Positions 33,371-44,036 of a stretch of DNA of 64,000 nt are shown here, in pieces. The number at the start of each line of letters is the position of its first letter. The stretch's first letter is position 1. The stretch lies in NCBI GenBank assembly GCA_046292385.1, contig JBKBRF010000017.1, positions 37,727 to 101,726 on the forward strand, written 5' to 3'. Origin of the DNA: Armatimonadota bacterium (GTDB lineage Bacteria; Armatimonadota; SYMT01). The notes beneath the pieces were generated by a model. That model worked only from the letters and a program-made list of their open reading frames with translations, had not been told where the DNA came from and made no database searches. Made by a program: the position numbers and the translations under genes.

Positions 33371-34959
33371 AACAGTCCGCCCGGTCGCGCCTGCGCCGCG
33401 CGCCGCGGCGGAGCTCCCCCCTCGCGCTGCTGGCGGTGGCTGCCGCCCTGGTGGTGGTCGGTCCGCCGCTGCTCTGGCTCGCGGCGGCCGCGCTGCGCGC
33501 TCCCGCGGAGGCGGGGCCTCCGCTGCTCGACCCGCTGGCGCGCGGACTCCTCACCCGCAGTCTTACCGTGGCGGGGCTCGCCGCCCTGCTCGCGCTGCTC
33601 CTGGGCGCCCCGCTCGGCTGGGCGCTGGCTCGCCTGCGCCTGCCGGGGCGGCGCCTGCTGACCGTCGGGTGCCTGGCGCCGCTGCTCCTGCCGCCCTACG
33701 CCGCCGCGCACGCCTGGAGCCAGCTCCTGGCGCGGGAGGGGCCGGTGAACCGGGCGCTGCTGGGCGGGGGCTGGATCGAGACGCCGATCGCGCCCGACCG
33801 GCACGCGTGGGTCGCCGCCGCCGTCCTCGCCTTCACGTACTGGCCGATCGCGGCGTGGCTGGTGCGGTTCGCCGCCCGCGCCGTGCCGCGGAACCTGGAG
33901 GATGCCGCCCGCATGGAGCTGCCGACGGAGCGGGCGCTCCTCCTCGCGGGGTGGCCCGCCGTGAGCCGCGCCGTCGGCACCGCCGCGCTGCTGCTCTTCC
34001 TGCTCTCCCTGGCCGACTTCGGCGTCACCAACTCCCTGGGACTGCCGACCTACCCCGTGGAGATCGTCCGCACGTTCCAGTCCCAGCCGGTCGGGGTGGT
34101 GATGCGCCTGGCCCTCCCGCTGCTCGTCCTGGTCGTCCCGCTCGTGGCGCTGCAGAGCCGCCTGCTCGAGGGAACGCCGCTGGCACCCGCGGGCGAATCC
34201 GGAGAGCCGCTGCGGGCGAGCCTCCTCGTGCGCGCAGGGCTGGCTGGCTGGGGGGCGGCGGCGATCGGGCTCTCCGTGCTGGTGCCGCTGGGGGTGCTGG
34301 CGGCCGAGTCGCTGCCGCTTCACACCTACGTCGAAGTGTGGGGCGAGAGCGCGGACCACTTCGTCAACACGCTCCTCTCCGCCGGAGGCGGGGCGCTGCT
34401 GGCCGGAGCCCTGGCCGTCGGCTACGTCTGGGCGGTGCGCGGCCGGCGGGTGCGGGGGCTCGATCTGCTCCTGACGCTGCCCTACGCGCTGCCCGGATCG
34501 CTGGTCGGCATCGCGCTGATCCAGCTCCTCAACCGCCCCGGCCCGGCCGAGCTGCTCTATTCCTCCCTCGGCGGCCTGGTGTGGCTCTACGCCATCCTCT
34601 TCCTGCCGTTCCCGTACAAGACGGTTCAGCTCGCCTGGGGGCACGTGGACCGGGAGCTGCTGGAGGACGCTCTTCTCCAGGGGGCGAGCCCGTGGCAGCA
34701 GTTCCGGGCCGCGGCTTGGCCGGCGCTGCGCCCGTTCGCGACCGCGGGCGGGGTGATCGCCGCCCTGCTCTCCGCCCGCGAGATCGACGGCACGGCGCTC
34801 CTGCGGATCCCCGGCGGCGACACCATCGCCTTCCGGATCTACGACTACCTCCACTTCGCACCCGGTCCTAAGCTCGGGGCGCTCTGCGTGCTCCTGGTGC
34901 TCCTGAGCGGCGCGGTAGCCGGCCTGGCGCTGCGCTGGGGTGGCCGCGCGAGCGAGTAG
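33367..34959 (+). CDS. Fe3+ ABC transporter permease (two-domain FbpB type)
   Basis: Duplicated permease with LEDAAR and LLEDALLQGAS EAA-like loops; GTGA overlap. Confidence 0.85.
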   Translation: MKQSARSRLRRAPRRSSPLALLAVAAALVVVGPPLLWLAAAALRAPAEAGPPLLDPLARGLLTRSLTVAGLAALLALLLGAPLGWALARLRLPGRRLLTVGCLAPLLLPPYAAAHAWSQLLAREGPVNRALLGGGWIETPIAPDRHAWVAAAVLAFTYWPIAAWLVRFAARAVPRNLEDAARMELPTERALLLAGWPAVSRAVGTAALLLFLLSLADFGVTNSLGLPTYPVEIVRTFQSQPVGVVMRLALPLLVLVVPLVALQSRLLEGTPLAPAGESGEPLRASLLVRAGLAGWGAAAIGLSVLVPLGVLAAESLPLHTYVEVWGESADHFVNTLLSAGGGALLAGALAVGYVWAVRGRRVRGLDLLLTLPYALPGSLVGIALIQLLNRPGPAELLYSSLGGLVWLYAILFLPFPYKTVQLAWGHVDRELLEDALLQGASPWQQFRAAAWPALRPFATAGGVIAALLSAREIDGTALLRIPGGDTIAFRIYDYLHFAPGPKLGALCVLLVLLSGAVAGLALRWGGRASE

Positions 34960-35049
34960 CCGCTGCGGGGACGACCCCTGGACTGCGCGACGTACCGCGA
35001 AAAAGAAGTGACCAAACCCGCTGGTTTCTGCGTCTACCTGGTTAAGGGG

Positions 35050-35078
35050 TTGTGAAAACGTTGCGCGTCGTCTATACT
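35050..35078 (+). promoter_or_regulatory. Sigma-70-type promoter
   Basis: TTGTGA-17 nt-TATACT. Confidence 0.6.
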
Positions 35079-35096
35079 CTGGTAGGAGTTGATGAC

Positions 35097-35180
35097 ATGG
35101 AAGCCGGCTCGATGCTAATTGCCCTCGTGGGGGCAGGGTTCATGACCTTCGTGGGGTATTACATCGCCCGCGGCGATTAA
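35097..35180 (+). CDS. 27-aa single-TM small protein (not in the ORF track)
   Basis: AGGAG RBS at 35084-88; MEAGSMLIALVGAGFMTFVGYYIARGD*; own promoter immediately upstream. Confidence 0.6.
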   Translation: MEAGSMLIALVGAGFMTFVGYYIARGD

Positions 35181-35270
35181 GGCGCCGGCTGCCCTGGCGG
35201 CCTGCCGATAGATTTTGCGCGCCACGCCCTTTGGGGTGTGGCGTTGCTGCGTACCGGCCCCCTTTCCCGC

Positions 35271-35774
35271 TCACCGGCCGCGGCTGGGCCACGGGAGCGG
35301 ACCTCCGGTTTCCACCCAGGTCTTCAGCGACGACAGGATCACGTCCCACGAGGCTTCCAGGGCGTTGTAGGCGCTGCTGGCCGGGTGGAAGCGGGAGTGG
35401 GTCAGCTCCAGGCAGCACATCCGGTCGCCGCAGCGGACCAGCTCCAGCTCCACCCGGCTGGGCGGGTCCGGCTCCAGGAGCGCGTTCTCCGCCGCGGCGT
35501 ACGCGAAGCTGTGCACCAGCCGCCGCCCCGGCACCAGCTCCTGAACCGTCCCCTCGACGACCGGCGTACCGCCCAGCTTGCTGACGTACTGCACCGGGTC
35601 TCCTACCGCCTGGAGCGGCAGGAGCAGCGGCGCCAGATGATAGCGCTCCGTCAACTCCGGCTCCACCAGCCAGGGCCAGAGCTCCTCCGCCGGCACCCCC
35701 ACGTAGAGCCGGCGGCGAACCGATCCGGTGAGGGTGACCGACTGGGGCTTCTGCTGCTCGTCGTGCTGCGTCAT
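35271..35774 (-). CDS. SRPBCC/AHSA1-like domain protein
   Basis: PAEELW..LVEPELT.RY, G.VQELVPGRRLVHSF, WDVILSSLKTWVETG. Confidence 0.82.
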   Translation of the reverse strand: MTQHDEQQKPQSVTLTGSVRRRLYVGVPAEELWPWLVEPELTERYHLAPLLLPLQAVGDPVQYVSKLGGTPVVEGTVQELVPGRRLVHSFAYAAAENALLEPDPPSRVELELVRCGDRMCCLELTHSRFHPASSAYNALEASWDVILSSLKTWVETGGPLPWPSRGR

Positions 35775-36103
35775 GCTTCTGGCTCCCATTCTCCCGCGGG
35801 AGAGGCGAATTCGGTATTCCGTATCGCGCAGCGGAGCGCCTCCCCGCCCGGCACGACGTGACGAAAGCCGGCAGCCGCACTGCGCTACGCAATACGAGAT
35901 ACTCGCTGCGTCGATCTCCTCAAACAATCCGTCACATGCCGTTTAGAGTTTGCCCTCCCGCGGTAAATCGGCGGCGGAGTAAGCCGCAAGATCGTCGCAG
36001 ACGGTTGTTCTCCACGGCTCGAGCTGAGAGGGGCTCCTCCCTGGAGCAGCGAGCCGGCGGACGGCGCTCCCCCAACCGTGTGATCCATCCGGAGGTAGAT
36101 CAG

Positions 36104-37072
36104 ATGAAGTTCCACGCTTTCACGCTGGCATTCGCCGGCGTTCTGGTGGCCGGCGCCGCGTCTGCGGGCGAGCGGGTCCAGTCCGAAGTCCAGGCCGATC
36201 GCGTGACGGTCGAGCGCAGCATGGACCGGGACGGCACCAGCCGGTACAGCTACTACGAGCGGACCTTCTTCGTCGAGCCGCTCTACACCGATCTCCCCAG
36301 CGTTGAGGAAGTGGCGCGCAAGGTCTCGGACATCGTGGCGAAGCAGCGCACCGAGATCGCGATGCTGAGCTCCGTGCAGCCCGCCGCGCGCACCGCCGGC
36401 TTCAATAACGTGGCGACGGTCTACGACTACATGATCCAGGACCACGACCGCCTGGCCGACTTCGGCAGCGAGTGGCTCAGCGAGCGCGGCTTCTCCGTGC
36501 CGGCGACCACCGCAGAGCCGGCCGCGTTCGAAGGCTCGCCGGAGGCGAGCGTGGAGGAGCAGATCCAGATGCACCAGCGCGCCTTTAACGAGGCGCTGGA
36601 GATGCGCCGCAACGAGCGGAGCTCCACCGTGCGCGGCATGCTCCTCTGGGCGGCGGCGGGCGCGATGCAGCACATCAGCCTGCTGCAGACGCTGGACCGT
36701 GACATCGAGATGGGCCGCCGGTCGATCTCGGCTCGCCTGAACTCGATGATGGACGGCAACTTCGTGGCGAGCAACACCAACTGGCTCGACCAGATCATCG
36801 CCGAGGACCGCGCCTACTTCGAATCGATCCAGCGGACCACGGTCACCACGACGACCACCCCGCCGACCACGGCTGCCGAAACCACGGTGCCGCAGATCGT
36901 GCAGGTGATCGAGGTGGAGCGGCCGGTGGAGCGGATCGTAGAGAAGCCGGTCATCGTAGAGCGCGTCGTGGAGCGCGTCGTGGAGCGTCCGGTCTACGTG
37001 GAGCGGCCGGTCGTCCGCAGCCGCGTGGCCGGCCAGCGCCAGACCACCCCGCGCCGCCGCCCCGCCAAGTAA
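36104..37072 (+). CDS. Secreted hypothetical protein with Thr-rich linker and V/E/R/P-repeat tail
   Basis: GGAGGT RBS, signal peptide, helical core, tail VERPVERIVEKPVIVERVVERVVERPVYVERP. Confidence 0.72.
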   Translation: MKFHAFTLAFAGVLVAGAASAGERVQSEVQADRVTVERSMDRDGTSRYSYYERTFFVEPLYTDLPSVEEVARKVSDIVAKQRTEIAMLSSVQPAARTAGFNNVATVYDYMIQDHDRLADFGSEWLSERGFSVPATTAEPAAFEGSPEASVEEQIQMHQRAFNEALEMRRNERSSTVRGMLLWAAAGAMQHISLLQTLDRDIEMGRRSISARLNSMMDGNFVASNTNWLDQIIAEDRAYFESIQRTTVTTTTTPPTTAAETTVPQIVQVIEVERPVERIVEKPVIVERVVERVVERPVYVERPVVRSRVAGQRQTTPRRRPAK

Positions 37073-37110
37073 GCGAGTCGGGCGGTACCCGCACGGGGAT
37101 CCGTGCCGCG

Positions 37111-37141
37111 ACGGGGAGTGGAGCAGCCCTCCACTCCCCGT
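37111..37141. terminator. Hairpin between convergent genes
   Basis: ACGGGGAGTGGAG-CAGCC-CTCCACTCCCCGT. Confidence 0.6.
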
Positions 37142-37173
37142 TCGCGCGTCTATACCGGGCAGGTGCGAGCGCC

Positions 37174-38031
37174 CTACGCGCGGCCGCCGGGGCGGCCCGG
37201 ACCACCGCCGGGGCGACCACCGGGGCGATTACCGGGACCCCCGAAGCCGCCGAAGCTCGGCTGCGGCAGGGTGATCTTCTTGCCCTGCATCTGCTGGAAC
37301 TGCTTCTTCTGCGCCGCGGTGAGCACGCCGTTCAGCTTGGCGTCGGTGCTCTGGCGAAGCTGCTGCATCTTCTGGAACGCCTGCGGGTTGGGGCCGCCGC
37401 CCGGGCCGCCGGGACCGCCGCCGCTGCCGCCGCTGAACGCCGCGCGCATCCCGTCGCGCTCCGCCTGCAGCGCCGCGTCGACCTGCTTCTTCTGGGCCGC
37501 GGTCAGCTTCAGCGCGCTCGCCACCTCGGCGCGGTTGAGGGCGCGCGCGCCGGCCTGCTGCAGCTCGATCTGCTTCAGGCGCTTCATCTGCTGCGCGTTG
37601 AGGATGGCGGAGAGCTCCTTCTCCTGCTCCTTGCGCATCTGCGCCATCCGCTGCTCCCGCTGGGCCGGCGTCATGTTGCGGAAGCCGCCACCCCCGCCGG
37701 GACCGCCTCCCGGGCCACCCGGGCGCCCACCGCCGGGACCGCCGGGACCACCGGGTCCACCGGGCCGGCCGCCGGGGCCGCGCAGCGCCTGGATCTTGGA
37801 GATCTGCGCCTGGCTGAGCTTCAGCTCTTTCTGCACCTCCGGGGTCTGGGCCAGCTGGCGCAGCCCGCCGAAGCCGAAGCCCCGGAAGCCCCCTCCGCCT
37901 GGACGTCCGCCGGGACCGCCGGGACCGCCGGGACCGCGGCCGGGGCCGCCGGGACGCTGCGCGAGCGCAGCGGTAGAAGTAGTGGCCAGCAGCGCGGCCA
38001 CACTAACGACGAGCAGCTTTCGACACTTCAT
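37174..38031 (-). CDS. Secreted Gly/Pro-rich protein with Spy/CpxP-like LTxxQ motifs
   Basis: Signal peptide; LKLSQAQ, ILNAQQ, LKLTAAQ, VLTAAQ motifs separated by GGPG repeats. Confidence 0.75.
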   Translation of the reverse strand: MKCRKLLVVSVAALLATTSTAALAQRPGGPGRGPGGPGGPGGRPGGGGFRGFGFGGLRQLAQTPEVQKELKLSQAQISKIQALRGPGGRPGGPGGPGGPGGGRPGGPGGGPGGGGGFRNMTPAQREQRMAQMRKEQEKELSAILNAQQMKRLKQIELQQAGARALNRAEVASALKLTAAQKKQVDAALQAERDGMRAAFSGGSGGGPGGPGGGPNPQAFQKMQQLRQSTDAKLNGVLTAAQKKQFQQMQGKKITLPQPSFGGFGGPGNRPGGRPGGGPGRPGGRA

Positions 38032-38251
38032 GGGATCTCTCCGGAACGGTCGCGTTCGACCGGGCACCATTGCCCGGTCCTGGAACGAGGACGATGGCTC
38101 CGCTGGCGGGGTGCCTGCGGAGCGTGGAGCCGGGCCAGCGAAAGAAAAGCGCTGCGTGCCGGCACGTGCTCGTGGAGCAGGCCGGCACTAGTTAGAACGG
38201 TCTCTCCCCAGACAGAGTTCGGAAGTCGGGGGGCGCAACACCTCCGCAGTA

Positions 38252-39583
38252 TTACCGTCCGCGGCCGGCGCCTGTGCCGCCGGCTCCGGTGCGGCCGGTG
38301 CCGATGCGCGCAGCGTTCCCGCCGGACCTGCCGGTGTTCCCCTGCGCTTCGCCGAAGGCCGGCGCGCCGGAGTTGCCCGAGTTACCCGTCCGCCGCATCG
38401 TCTGCGGGTTGCTGATCGGCTGCGGTGCGGTGCTCGCGTCGGAGGCGCCGGGGGCCCGGGCGCCGGTGCGCCGCGCCGTCTGCGGGTTGGAGCTGGCCAC
38501 GGGCGAGCCGCTGGACGAGAAGGCGCTGGTGCTGCCGCCGGAGCTCGCGCTGCGGCCGCCGCCGAATCCTCCGCCGCCCTGGCTGCGCCCGCCCATCGCG
38601 GCGCCGCCCCGGTTGGCCGAGGCCGCGAAGCCGCCGCCCCCGTTTCCGAACGCTCCGCCTCCGCCCGCGCTGCCGGCGGAGCTGCGGTTCCGGCCACCGC
38701 TGCTGCGAGAGGCGCGGTTCCCCGCGCTACTGCGGGGGGTGCTTGCCGAGCGCCGCGAGGCGCCGCCGTTTCCACCGGAGCCCGAGAAGCCGGCGCGACC
38801 CCCGAAGCCGCCCGCGCCGCCGCGCGTGCCGCGGCCGCCGAAGCCGCCGCCGGGCCGCTGCGCCATCCGTGCATCGTCCGCTCCGCCCGGGCCGCCGAAT
38901 GGCGCGAAGGCTCCGGCGCCATCCCCCGAGCCGCCGCTTGCCGAGACCCCGCCGCCTGCACCCCCCGCGCTGGCCGAAGCGAGGAGGAGCGGCTGTTCGC
39001 CGACGCGCAGCACGAACTCCTCGCCGCCGCGGGAGAGGGTCGCCGTCTCGTCATCTACCTCGACCAGCGTCACCCCGAAGGCGCGCTCGCCCACGTGGAT
39101 CGATTCCCGCCGCCGGCTGGGAACGTCCACCAGCATCACCTGGTCGCCGCTGTTGGAGCGCATCACGCCGGCCAGCGCGACGTTCTGGCGGGTATCCGGC
39201 GGGGTCGGGGCAGGCCGGGAGGCGGGCGAGGGCAGTGCCGGGACCGCGGCGAGCGCCGGTCTCTCCGCCTGCGCCGGAGCTGCGGGCCGGGGAGCCGCCG
39301 GCTGCGCCGGAGGCGGCGCGGGCGCGGCCGGGCGCGTTTTTGCCGGGACCGGCGGCGCGGCATCGAACGGCACGTAGCCGCTCGCCCTCGGCGTCTCCCA
39401 CGAGAAGGCGTCGCCGGACGGGGCGGGCCGGCTCTGCAGCCGCTCTGCGAGCGCTCGCAGCGACTGGACGTCGCCGCCCGCCGTCTCCGGGGCCGAGCCG
39501 GCAATCATCATGGCCCAGCCGCCTCCGGCGACCAGAACCACCGCGGCGGCGGCCAGAACCAGCGTGGACGAGCGGTGCCGCAT
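38252..39583 (-). CDS. Membrane-anchored protein with GspC/PilP-like domain and Gly-rich disordered tail
   Basis: TM helix; VALAGVM...VMLVD...IHVGERAFGVTLVEVDDETATL resembles the GspC-HR/PilP pattern. Confidence 0.55.
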   Translation of the reverse strand: MRHRSSTLVLAAAAVVLVAGGGWAMMIAGSAPETAGGDVQSLRALAERLQSRPAPSGDAFSWETPRASGYVPFDAAPPVPAKTRPAAPAPPPAQPAAPRPAAPAQAERPALAAVPALPSPASRPAPTPPDTRQNVALAGVMRSNSGDQVMLVDVPSRRRESIHVGERAFGVTLVEVDDETATLSRGGEEFVLRVGEQPLLLASASAGGAGGGVSASGGSGDGAGAFAPFGGPGGADDARMAQRPGGGFGGRGTRGGAGGFGGRAGFSGSGGNGGASRRSASTPRSSAGNRASRSSGGRNRSSAGSAGGGGAFGNGGGGFAASANRGGAAMGGRSQGGGGFGGGRSASSGGSTSAFSSSGSPVASSNPQTARRTGARAPGASDASTAPQPISNPQTMRRTGNSGNSGAPAFGEAQGNTGRSGGNAARIGTGRTGAGGTGAGRGR

Positions 39584-39709
39584 CTCTACCTCCGTACTTC
39601 AGAACTGCGATACAGCCCCTCAGACGAGCAGGAGGTGAAGATTTTGTAAACGTTCCAACCGGGATTGCGGCGAGATTGTTGACCCGCTCGGATCCCTTCT
39701 GCCTGGAGC

Positions 39710-41122
39710 TCAGCGTCCGCGGCGGCTGCCGGGGGCGGGGTAGCGCTTCGACGCATCGTCCAGCACCAGGACCCAGTCGATCTGCTCCCCCGCGTCCGGC
39801 GGGGTGAACCGGTGGGTGCCGGTGTTGGGGAGCTCGCCGATCGCGGTGGCGCGGCCGGTGCGGGGATTGAACCACCACGCCTTGACCTTGTTGCCGTGGA
39901 TCTTGTCCATCTGCACGGAGAACGGCCGCCCGATCGGCGCATAGACCATCGCGTAGGTGCCCGCCTCGTCCCGCGTGGCGACATACCGCCGCGTGCCCGC
40001 GCCGGGGACGGAGGTCGGGACGGCGTCGGTCACGACGATCGAGTCGTCTGGCACGCGCGTCAGGAACGGCCGGCTCTCGATCAGCCAGCGCCCGTACTGC
40101 ATCTGCGCGGCGCCGGGCTGGTCGATCGCCTCGTGCCACGGCAGCAGCGGATTGTTGATCGGGGCGCGGCCGGGCTGCCACATCTGCCACACCGAGTGGT
40201 GCCCGTAGGTATGCCCGAACGCGCCCGTGAAGAGGTCCCAGTAGAGCGGCCGGCGCACGTCGGCGGAGATCGAGTGGCCCAGGATCTTCGCATTGAAGGA
40301 GACCGGGTGGTCCTCGTAGACCGGCTCGCCATCCAGCACCGGCTTTACCGGGGTGCGGTCGTAGTCGGCCTTCGTGGCGTCGTAGCGGCCGGTGAACTCC
40401 ACCGCGTGCCCGTTCTGGCGCATGTTGAAGTCGAGCCACTCCTCCCCGTGAAACCACTGGGCGGAGCCGGCGCCGCCGGGCGGGTGGAACGTGATCAGGT
40501 GGCGACCGCCGTCTCCCCGGCGGATCCCGCGGGCCATCGCGCGGATGATCTCCCGGTGGCCGTCACTCTCGATCGGCCGGTCGCCGCCCACGATCCAGAT
40601 CACGCTCCGGTCGCGGTACCGCCGCGCCAGCCACTCGCCGTAGGCTTCCGCGTTCGACGGTGTAAAGATCTCCGGCCCCACGCCCCACTTCTTGTTCCAC
40701 TTGTCGCCCCAGGTCGGGAGCATGCCGATGGTGAGCCCCAGCTCGTTGGCGCGCTCGACGATCCAGTCGACGTGCTTCCAGTACTCCTCGTTCGGCTGGG
40801 TGGGGTCGTTGTTCTTCAGCGGCCGATGTCCGTATGGGTTGGGGTCGTTCAGGCCGTCCAACTCCGCCAGCGCCACCGCCTGGATGACGGTGAAGCCGTT
40901 CTTCGCGCGGTTCCGCAGGTAGCGGTCCGCCTCTTCCCGGTTCAGCCGGTGGAACAGCTCCCACGCCGTGTCGCCCAGGTAAAAGAACGGCTGCCCGTTC
41001 TCCTGCACCAGAAACCGCCGGTTTTCGCTTACCCGCAGCCGAGCGGGAGCCGGGGCGGCACTGCCCGCCGTCACCGCCAGCACGGAGACCAGCAGCAGCG
41101 CGGTCATCACGAATCGCTCCAT
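39710..41122 (-). CDS. DUF4038 / GH140 apiosidase-like glycoside hydrolase with C-terminal collagen-binding-like domain
   Basis: [58 protein letters not shown]. Confidence 0.88.
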   Translation of the reverse strand: MERFVMTALLLVSVLAVTAGSAAPAPARLRVSENRRFLVQENGQPFFYLGDTAWELFHRLNREEADRYLRNRAKNGFTVIQAVALAELDGLNDPNPYGHRPLKNNDPTQPNEEYWKHVDWIVERANELGLTIGMLPTWGDKWNKKWGVGPEIFTPSNAEAYGEWLARRYRDRSVIWIVGGDRPIESDGHREIIRAMARGIRRGDGGRHLITFHPPGGAGSAQWFHGEEWLDFNMRQNGHAVEFTGRYDATKADYDRTPVKPVLDGEPVYEDHPVSFNAKILGHSISADVRRPLYWDLFTGAFGHTYGHHSVWQMWQPGRAPINNPLLPWHEAIDQPGAAQMQYGRWLIESRPFLTRVPDDSIVVTDAVPTSVPGAGTRRYVATRDEAGTYAMVYAPIGRPFSVQMDKIHGNKVKAWWFNPRTGRATAIGELPNTGTHRFTPPDAGEQIDWVLVLDDASKRYPAPGSRRGR

Positions 41123-41282
41123 GGGGTTTTCTCCGTCTCGAGCCCTCCGTACCCAGGCACTCCTACTCCTGCTCGTACTCGTTCTCCTTCTCGAAGGCAT
41201 TCCGGTCTCTCCGCACACCCGAAAGATACGCAGGAGGATCTTACTACACGTAAAATGTACCTGCATCGGGAGGGAGGCGGCG

Positions 41283-42413
41283 GTGAAGAGTGAAGGCGAG
41301 CTGCGGAACCAGCTCCGCGCCGTGCGGACCCGCCTGGGCCTGAGTCAGCAGGAGCTGGCGGCGGCGGCGGGCATTACGCGGCAGACGGTCGGCGGCATCG
41401 AGGGGGAGCTCTACGCTCCTTCCGCCAGTGTGGCACTCAAGCTCGCGCGCGCGCTCGGCTGCCGGGTGGAGGAGCTGTTCTGGCTGGACGGCGACCCCGC
41501 CTCGGTCCCTGCGGTGCCCGCGGAGGGGCTGCCGGAGGGGGACGGCCTCCGCATAGCGCTGGCGCGGGTCGGCGCGCGCTGGGTCGCCCATCCGCTGCTC
41601 GGGGACGATGCCGTGCGGGAGGAAATGGTCCCCTGCGACGGCCTGGCCGCGCATTCCGGCGGCGGCGCGGTGGTGCGGCTGCTGGATGACGCCGGCGCGC
41701 TGGAGCGGACAGTCGCCCTCGCCGGCTGCACCCCCGCCCTCTCGCTCTGGGCACGCGCCGCGGAGCGGTGGCACCCGGGGCTGCGGGTCCACTGGAGCTT
41801 CGCCAACAGCAGCCGGGCGCTGGCGAGCCTGGCGCGGGGGGAGGTCCACCTGGCGGGGCTGCACCTCTGCGATCCCCGCACCGGAGAGTTCAACACGCCG
41901 TTCGTGCGGGCGGCGCTCCGCGGCCGGGCGGTGACGCTGGTGAACCTGGGGACCTGGGAAGAGGGCTTCCTGGTGCGCGCAAGCAACCCGCTCGGCCTCC
42001 GCGGCGGCGCCGACCTGGCCCGGCCGGACGTGCGCCTCGTCAACCGGGAGGCGGGTGCCGGCTCGCGCCTGCTGCTCGACGAGACCCTCGCCGCCGCCGG
42101 GGTCTCGCCGGACGGGGTGCGCGGCTACACGGAGACGGTGCGGGGACATTGGGAGGTCGCGCGGGCGGTCGCCTCGGGCGCCGCCGACGTGGGCGTGAGC
42201 ACCGCCACCGTCGCGCTCGCCTACGGGCTCGGCTTCCTCCCGCTGCGCGAGGTCCGGTACGACCTGGCCGTGCTGAACGAGTACCGGGAGCACGAGCCGG
42301 TGCGGCAGCTCCTCGCCACGCTGGGGCACCGCTGGATCCGCTCGCAGCTCGGGGTGCTGGGAGGCTACGACACCACGCGGACCGGCGAGGTGGTGGCGGA
42401 GGTCGCGGCGTGA
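41283..42413 (+). CDS. XRE-HTH + periplasmic-binding-fold (molybdate-sensing) regulator
   Basis: [24 protein letters not shown]; [33 protein letters not shown] (PBP domain); first gene of the mod operon. Confidence 0.85.
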   Translation: MKSEGELRNQLRAVRTRLGLSQQELAAAAGITRQTVGGIEGELYAPSASVALKLARALGCRVEELFWLDGDPASVPAVPAEGLPEGDGLRIALARVGARWVAHPLLGDDAVREEMVPCDGLAAHSGGGAVVRLLDDAGALERTVALAGCTPALSLWARAAERWHPGLRVHWSFANSSRALASLARGEVHLAGLHLCDPRTGEFNTPFVRAALRGRAVTLVNLGTWEEGFLVRASNPLGLRGGADLARPDVRLVNREAGAGSRLLLDETLAAAGVSPDGVRGYTETVRGHWEVARAVASGAADVGVSTATVALAYGLGFLPLREVRYDLAVLNEYREHEPVRQLLATLGHRWIRSQLGVLGGYDTTRTGEVVAEVAA

Positions 42414-43192
42414 ATCGTCCTCTCCTCTGGCTCGCCCTTGCCGTGCTGTCCGCGACCGCACTCTCGTGTGCGCCAGGGGGTAAGTCGGAAGGGGACCGCA
42501 CGCTCACGGTCTACGCGGCGGCGTCACTCACCGACGCCTTCAACGAGCTGGGACCGGCGTTCGAGCGCGCCCATCCCGGCTGGCGCGTGCGCGTCAGCTA
42601 CGGCGCCTCCTCCACGCTGCGGACGCAGATCGAGCAGGGCGCACCCGCGGACCTCTTCGCCTCCGCCGACTGGCAGCAGATGGAGCCACTGGCCGGCGCG
42701 AGCCGCGTGGAGACGCCGGTGGCGTTCGCGCGCAACCGGCTGGCAATCGCCGTGCCGGAGGGGAACCCCGGCGGCATCCGCTCCCCTCGCGATCTCGCCC
42801 GTCCGGGCCTCCGCCTCGTGACCGCCGCCGGCACGGTGCCGGTCGGCCGCTACACGCAGGAGGCGCTGGAAAAGCTCGGCCGCATGGAGGGTTATCCGAA
42901 CGACTTCGCGGGCGCGGTGAACCGGAGCGTCGTCTCCCAGGAGAGCAACGTGCGCGCCGTGCTGGCCAAAGTGGAGCTGGGAGAGGCGGACGCGGGCATC
43001 GTCTACGAGACCGACTTCCGCAGCTCCGCGCACGTGAAGGCGGTGGAGATTCCCGCCGGCGCAAACGTGGAGGCGTCGTACCCGATCGCCGTGGTCGCCG
43101 GAACCCGGAACGCGGAGGGCGCTCGGGAGCTCGCGCGGTTCGTCACCGGGGAAGCGGGGCAGGCGATCCTGCGCCGTCACGGGTTCCGGTAG
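42410..43192 (+). CDS. modA: Molybdate ABC transporter substrate-binding lipoprotein
   Basis: VYAAASLTDAF, GASSTL..QIEQGAPADLFASA, VPVGRY, GEADAGIVYETD. Confidence 0.93.
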   Translation: MNRPLLWLALAVLSATALSCAPGGKSEGDRTLTVYAAASLTDAFNELGPAFERAHPGWRVRVSYGASSTLRTQIEQGAPADLFASADWQQMEPLAGASRVETPVAFARNRLAIAVPEGNPGGIRSPRDLARPGLRLVTAAGTVPVGRYTQEALEKLGRMEGYPNDFAGAVNRSVVSQESNVRAVLAKVELGEADAGIVYETDFRSSAHVKAVEIPAGANVEASYPIAVVAGTRNAEGARELARFVTGEAGQAILRRHGFR

Positions 43193-43202
43193 CGGAGACG
43201 AG

Positions 43203-44036
43203 ATGACGGAACGGGCACAGCCGGGGCAGCGAAGCACGACGGGGGCGGTGGCCGAGCGCCGGGAGGGGAGGGCTCTCCTCGCCGTGGCGTCGCTGCTGCT
43301 GCTCCTGCTGCTCGGGATACCGCTTTTCGCGCTGGTGCGGGCGGCGGCGCCTGCGGAGGTGGCGGCGCGCCTGGGCGATCCGCTGGTGCTCTCCGCGCTC
43401 CGGCTGAGCCTGGTCACCAGCGGGATCGCGACCCTGGTCTGCGTGCTGCTCGGCCTGCCGCTCGCCTACCTGCTGGCGCGGCACCGATTCCCCGGGGCGG
43501 CGGCGGTCGACACGCTGATCGACCTCCCGATGACGATGCCGCCGGTGGTCGCCGGCGTGGCGCTCCTGCTCACCTTTGGCCGCGTCGGGCTCCTCGGCCG
43601 CCACCTGGAAGCGGCGGGGGTGCAGGTGGCGTTCTCCACCCTGGCGGTGGTGCTGGCGCAGACCTTCATGGCCGCGCCGTTCTTCGTCCGCGCCGCCCGC
43701 GCCGGCTTCGAAGCGGTGCCACTCTCGCTGGAGCAGGCGGCGATGACCCTGGGGCGCAACCGGTGGGGCGTCTTCTGGACCATCTCCGTCCCGCTCGCCG
43801 CACCGGCGCTCGGCGCCGGGGCGGTGCTCTGCTGGGCGCGCGCTCTGAGCGAGTTCGGCGCGACGATGATGTTCGCCGGCAACCGCCCCGAGGTCACCCA
43901 GACGCTGCCGCTCGCGGTGATGAGCGCCATGGAGACCAATCTGCAGCTCGCCATCACGATCTCGCTGCTCTCCCTGCTGCTGGCGTTCGGAGCGCTGGCG
44001 GGCGTGCGGCTGCTGGTGCGGCGGTGGGGCCGATGA
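43203..44036 (+). CDS. modB: Molybdate ABC transporter permease
   Basis: DLPMTMPPVVAGVALL, WARALSEFGATMMFAGN, TQTLPLA. Confidence 0.92.
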   Translation: MTERAQPGQRSTTGAVAERREGRALLAVASLLLLLLLGIPLFALVRAAAPAEVAARLGDPLVLSALRLSLVTSGIATLVCVLLGLPLAYLLARHRFPGAAAVDTLIDLPMTMPPVVAGVALLLTFGRVGLLGRHLEAAGVQVAFSTLAVVLAQTFMAAPFFVRAARAGFEAVPLSLEQAAMTLGRNRWGVFWTISVPLAAPALGAGAVLCWARALSEFGATMMFAGNRPEVTQTLPLAVMSAMETNLQLAITISLLSLLLAFGALAGVRLLVRRWGR

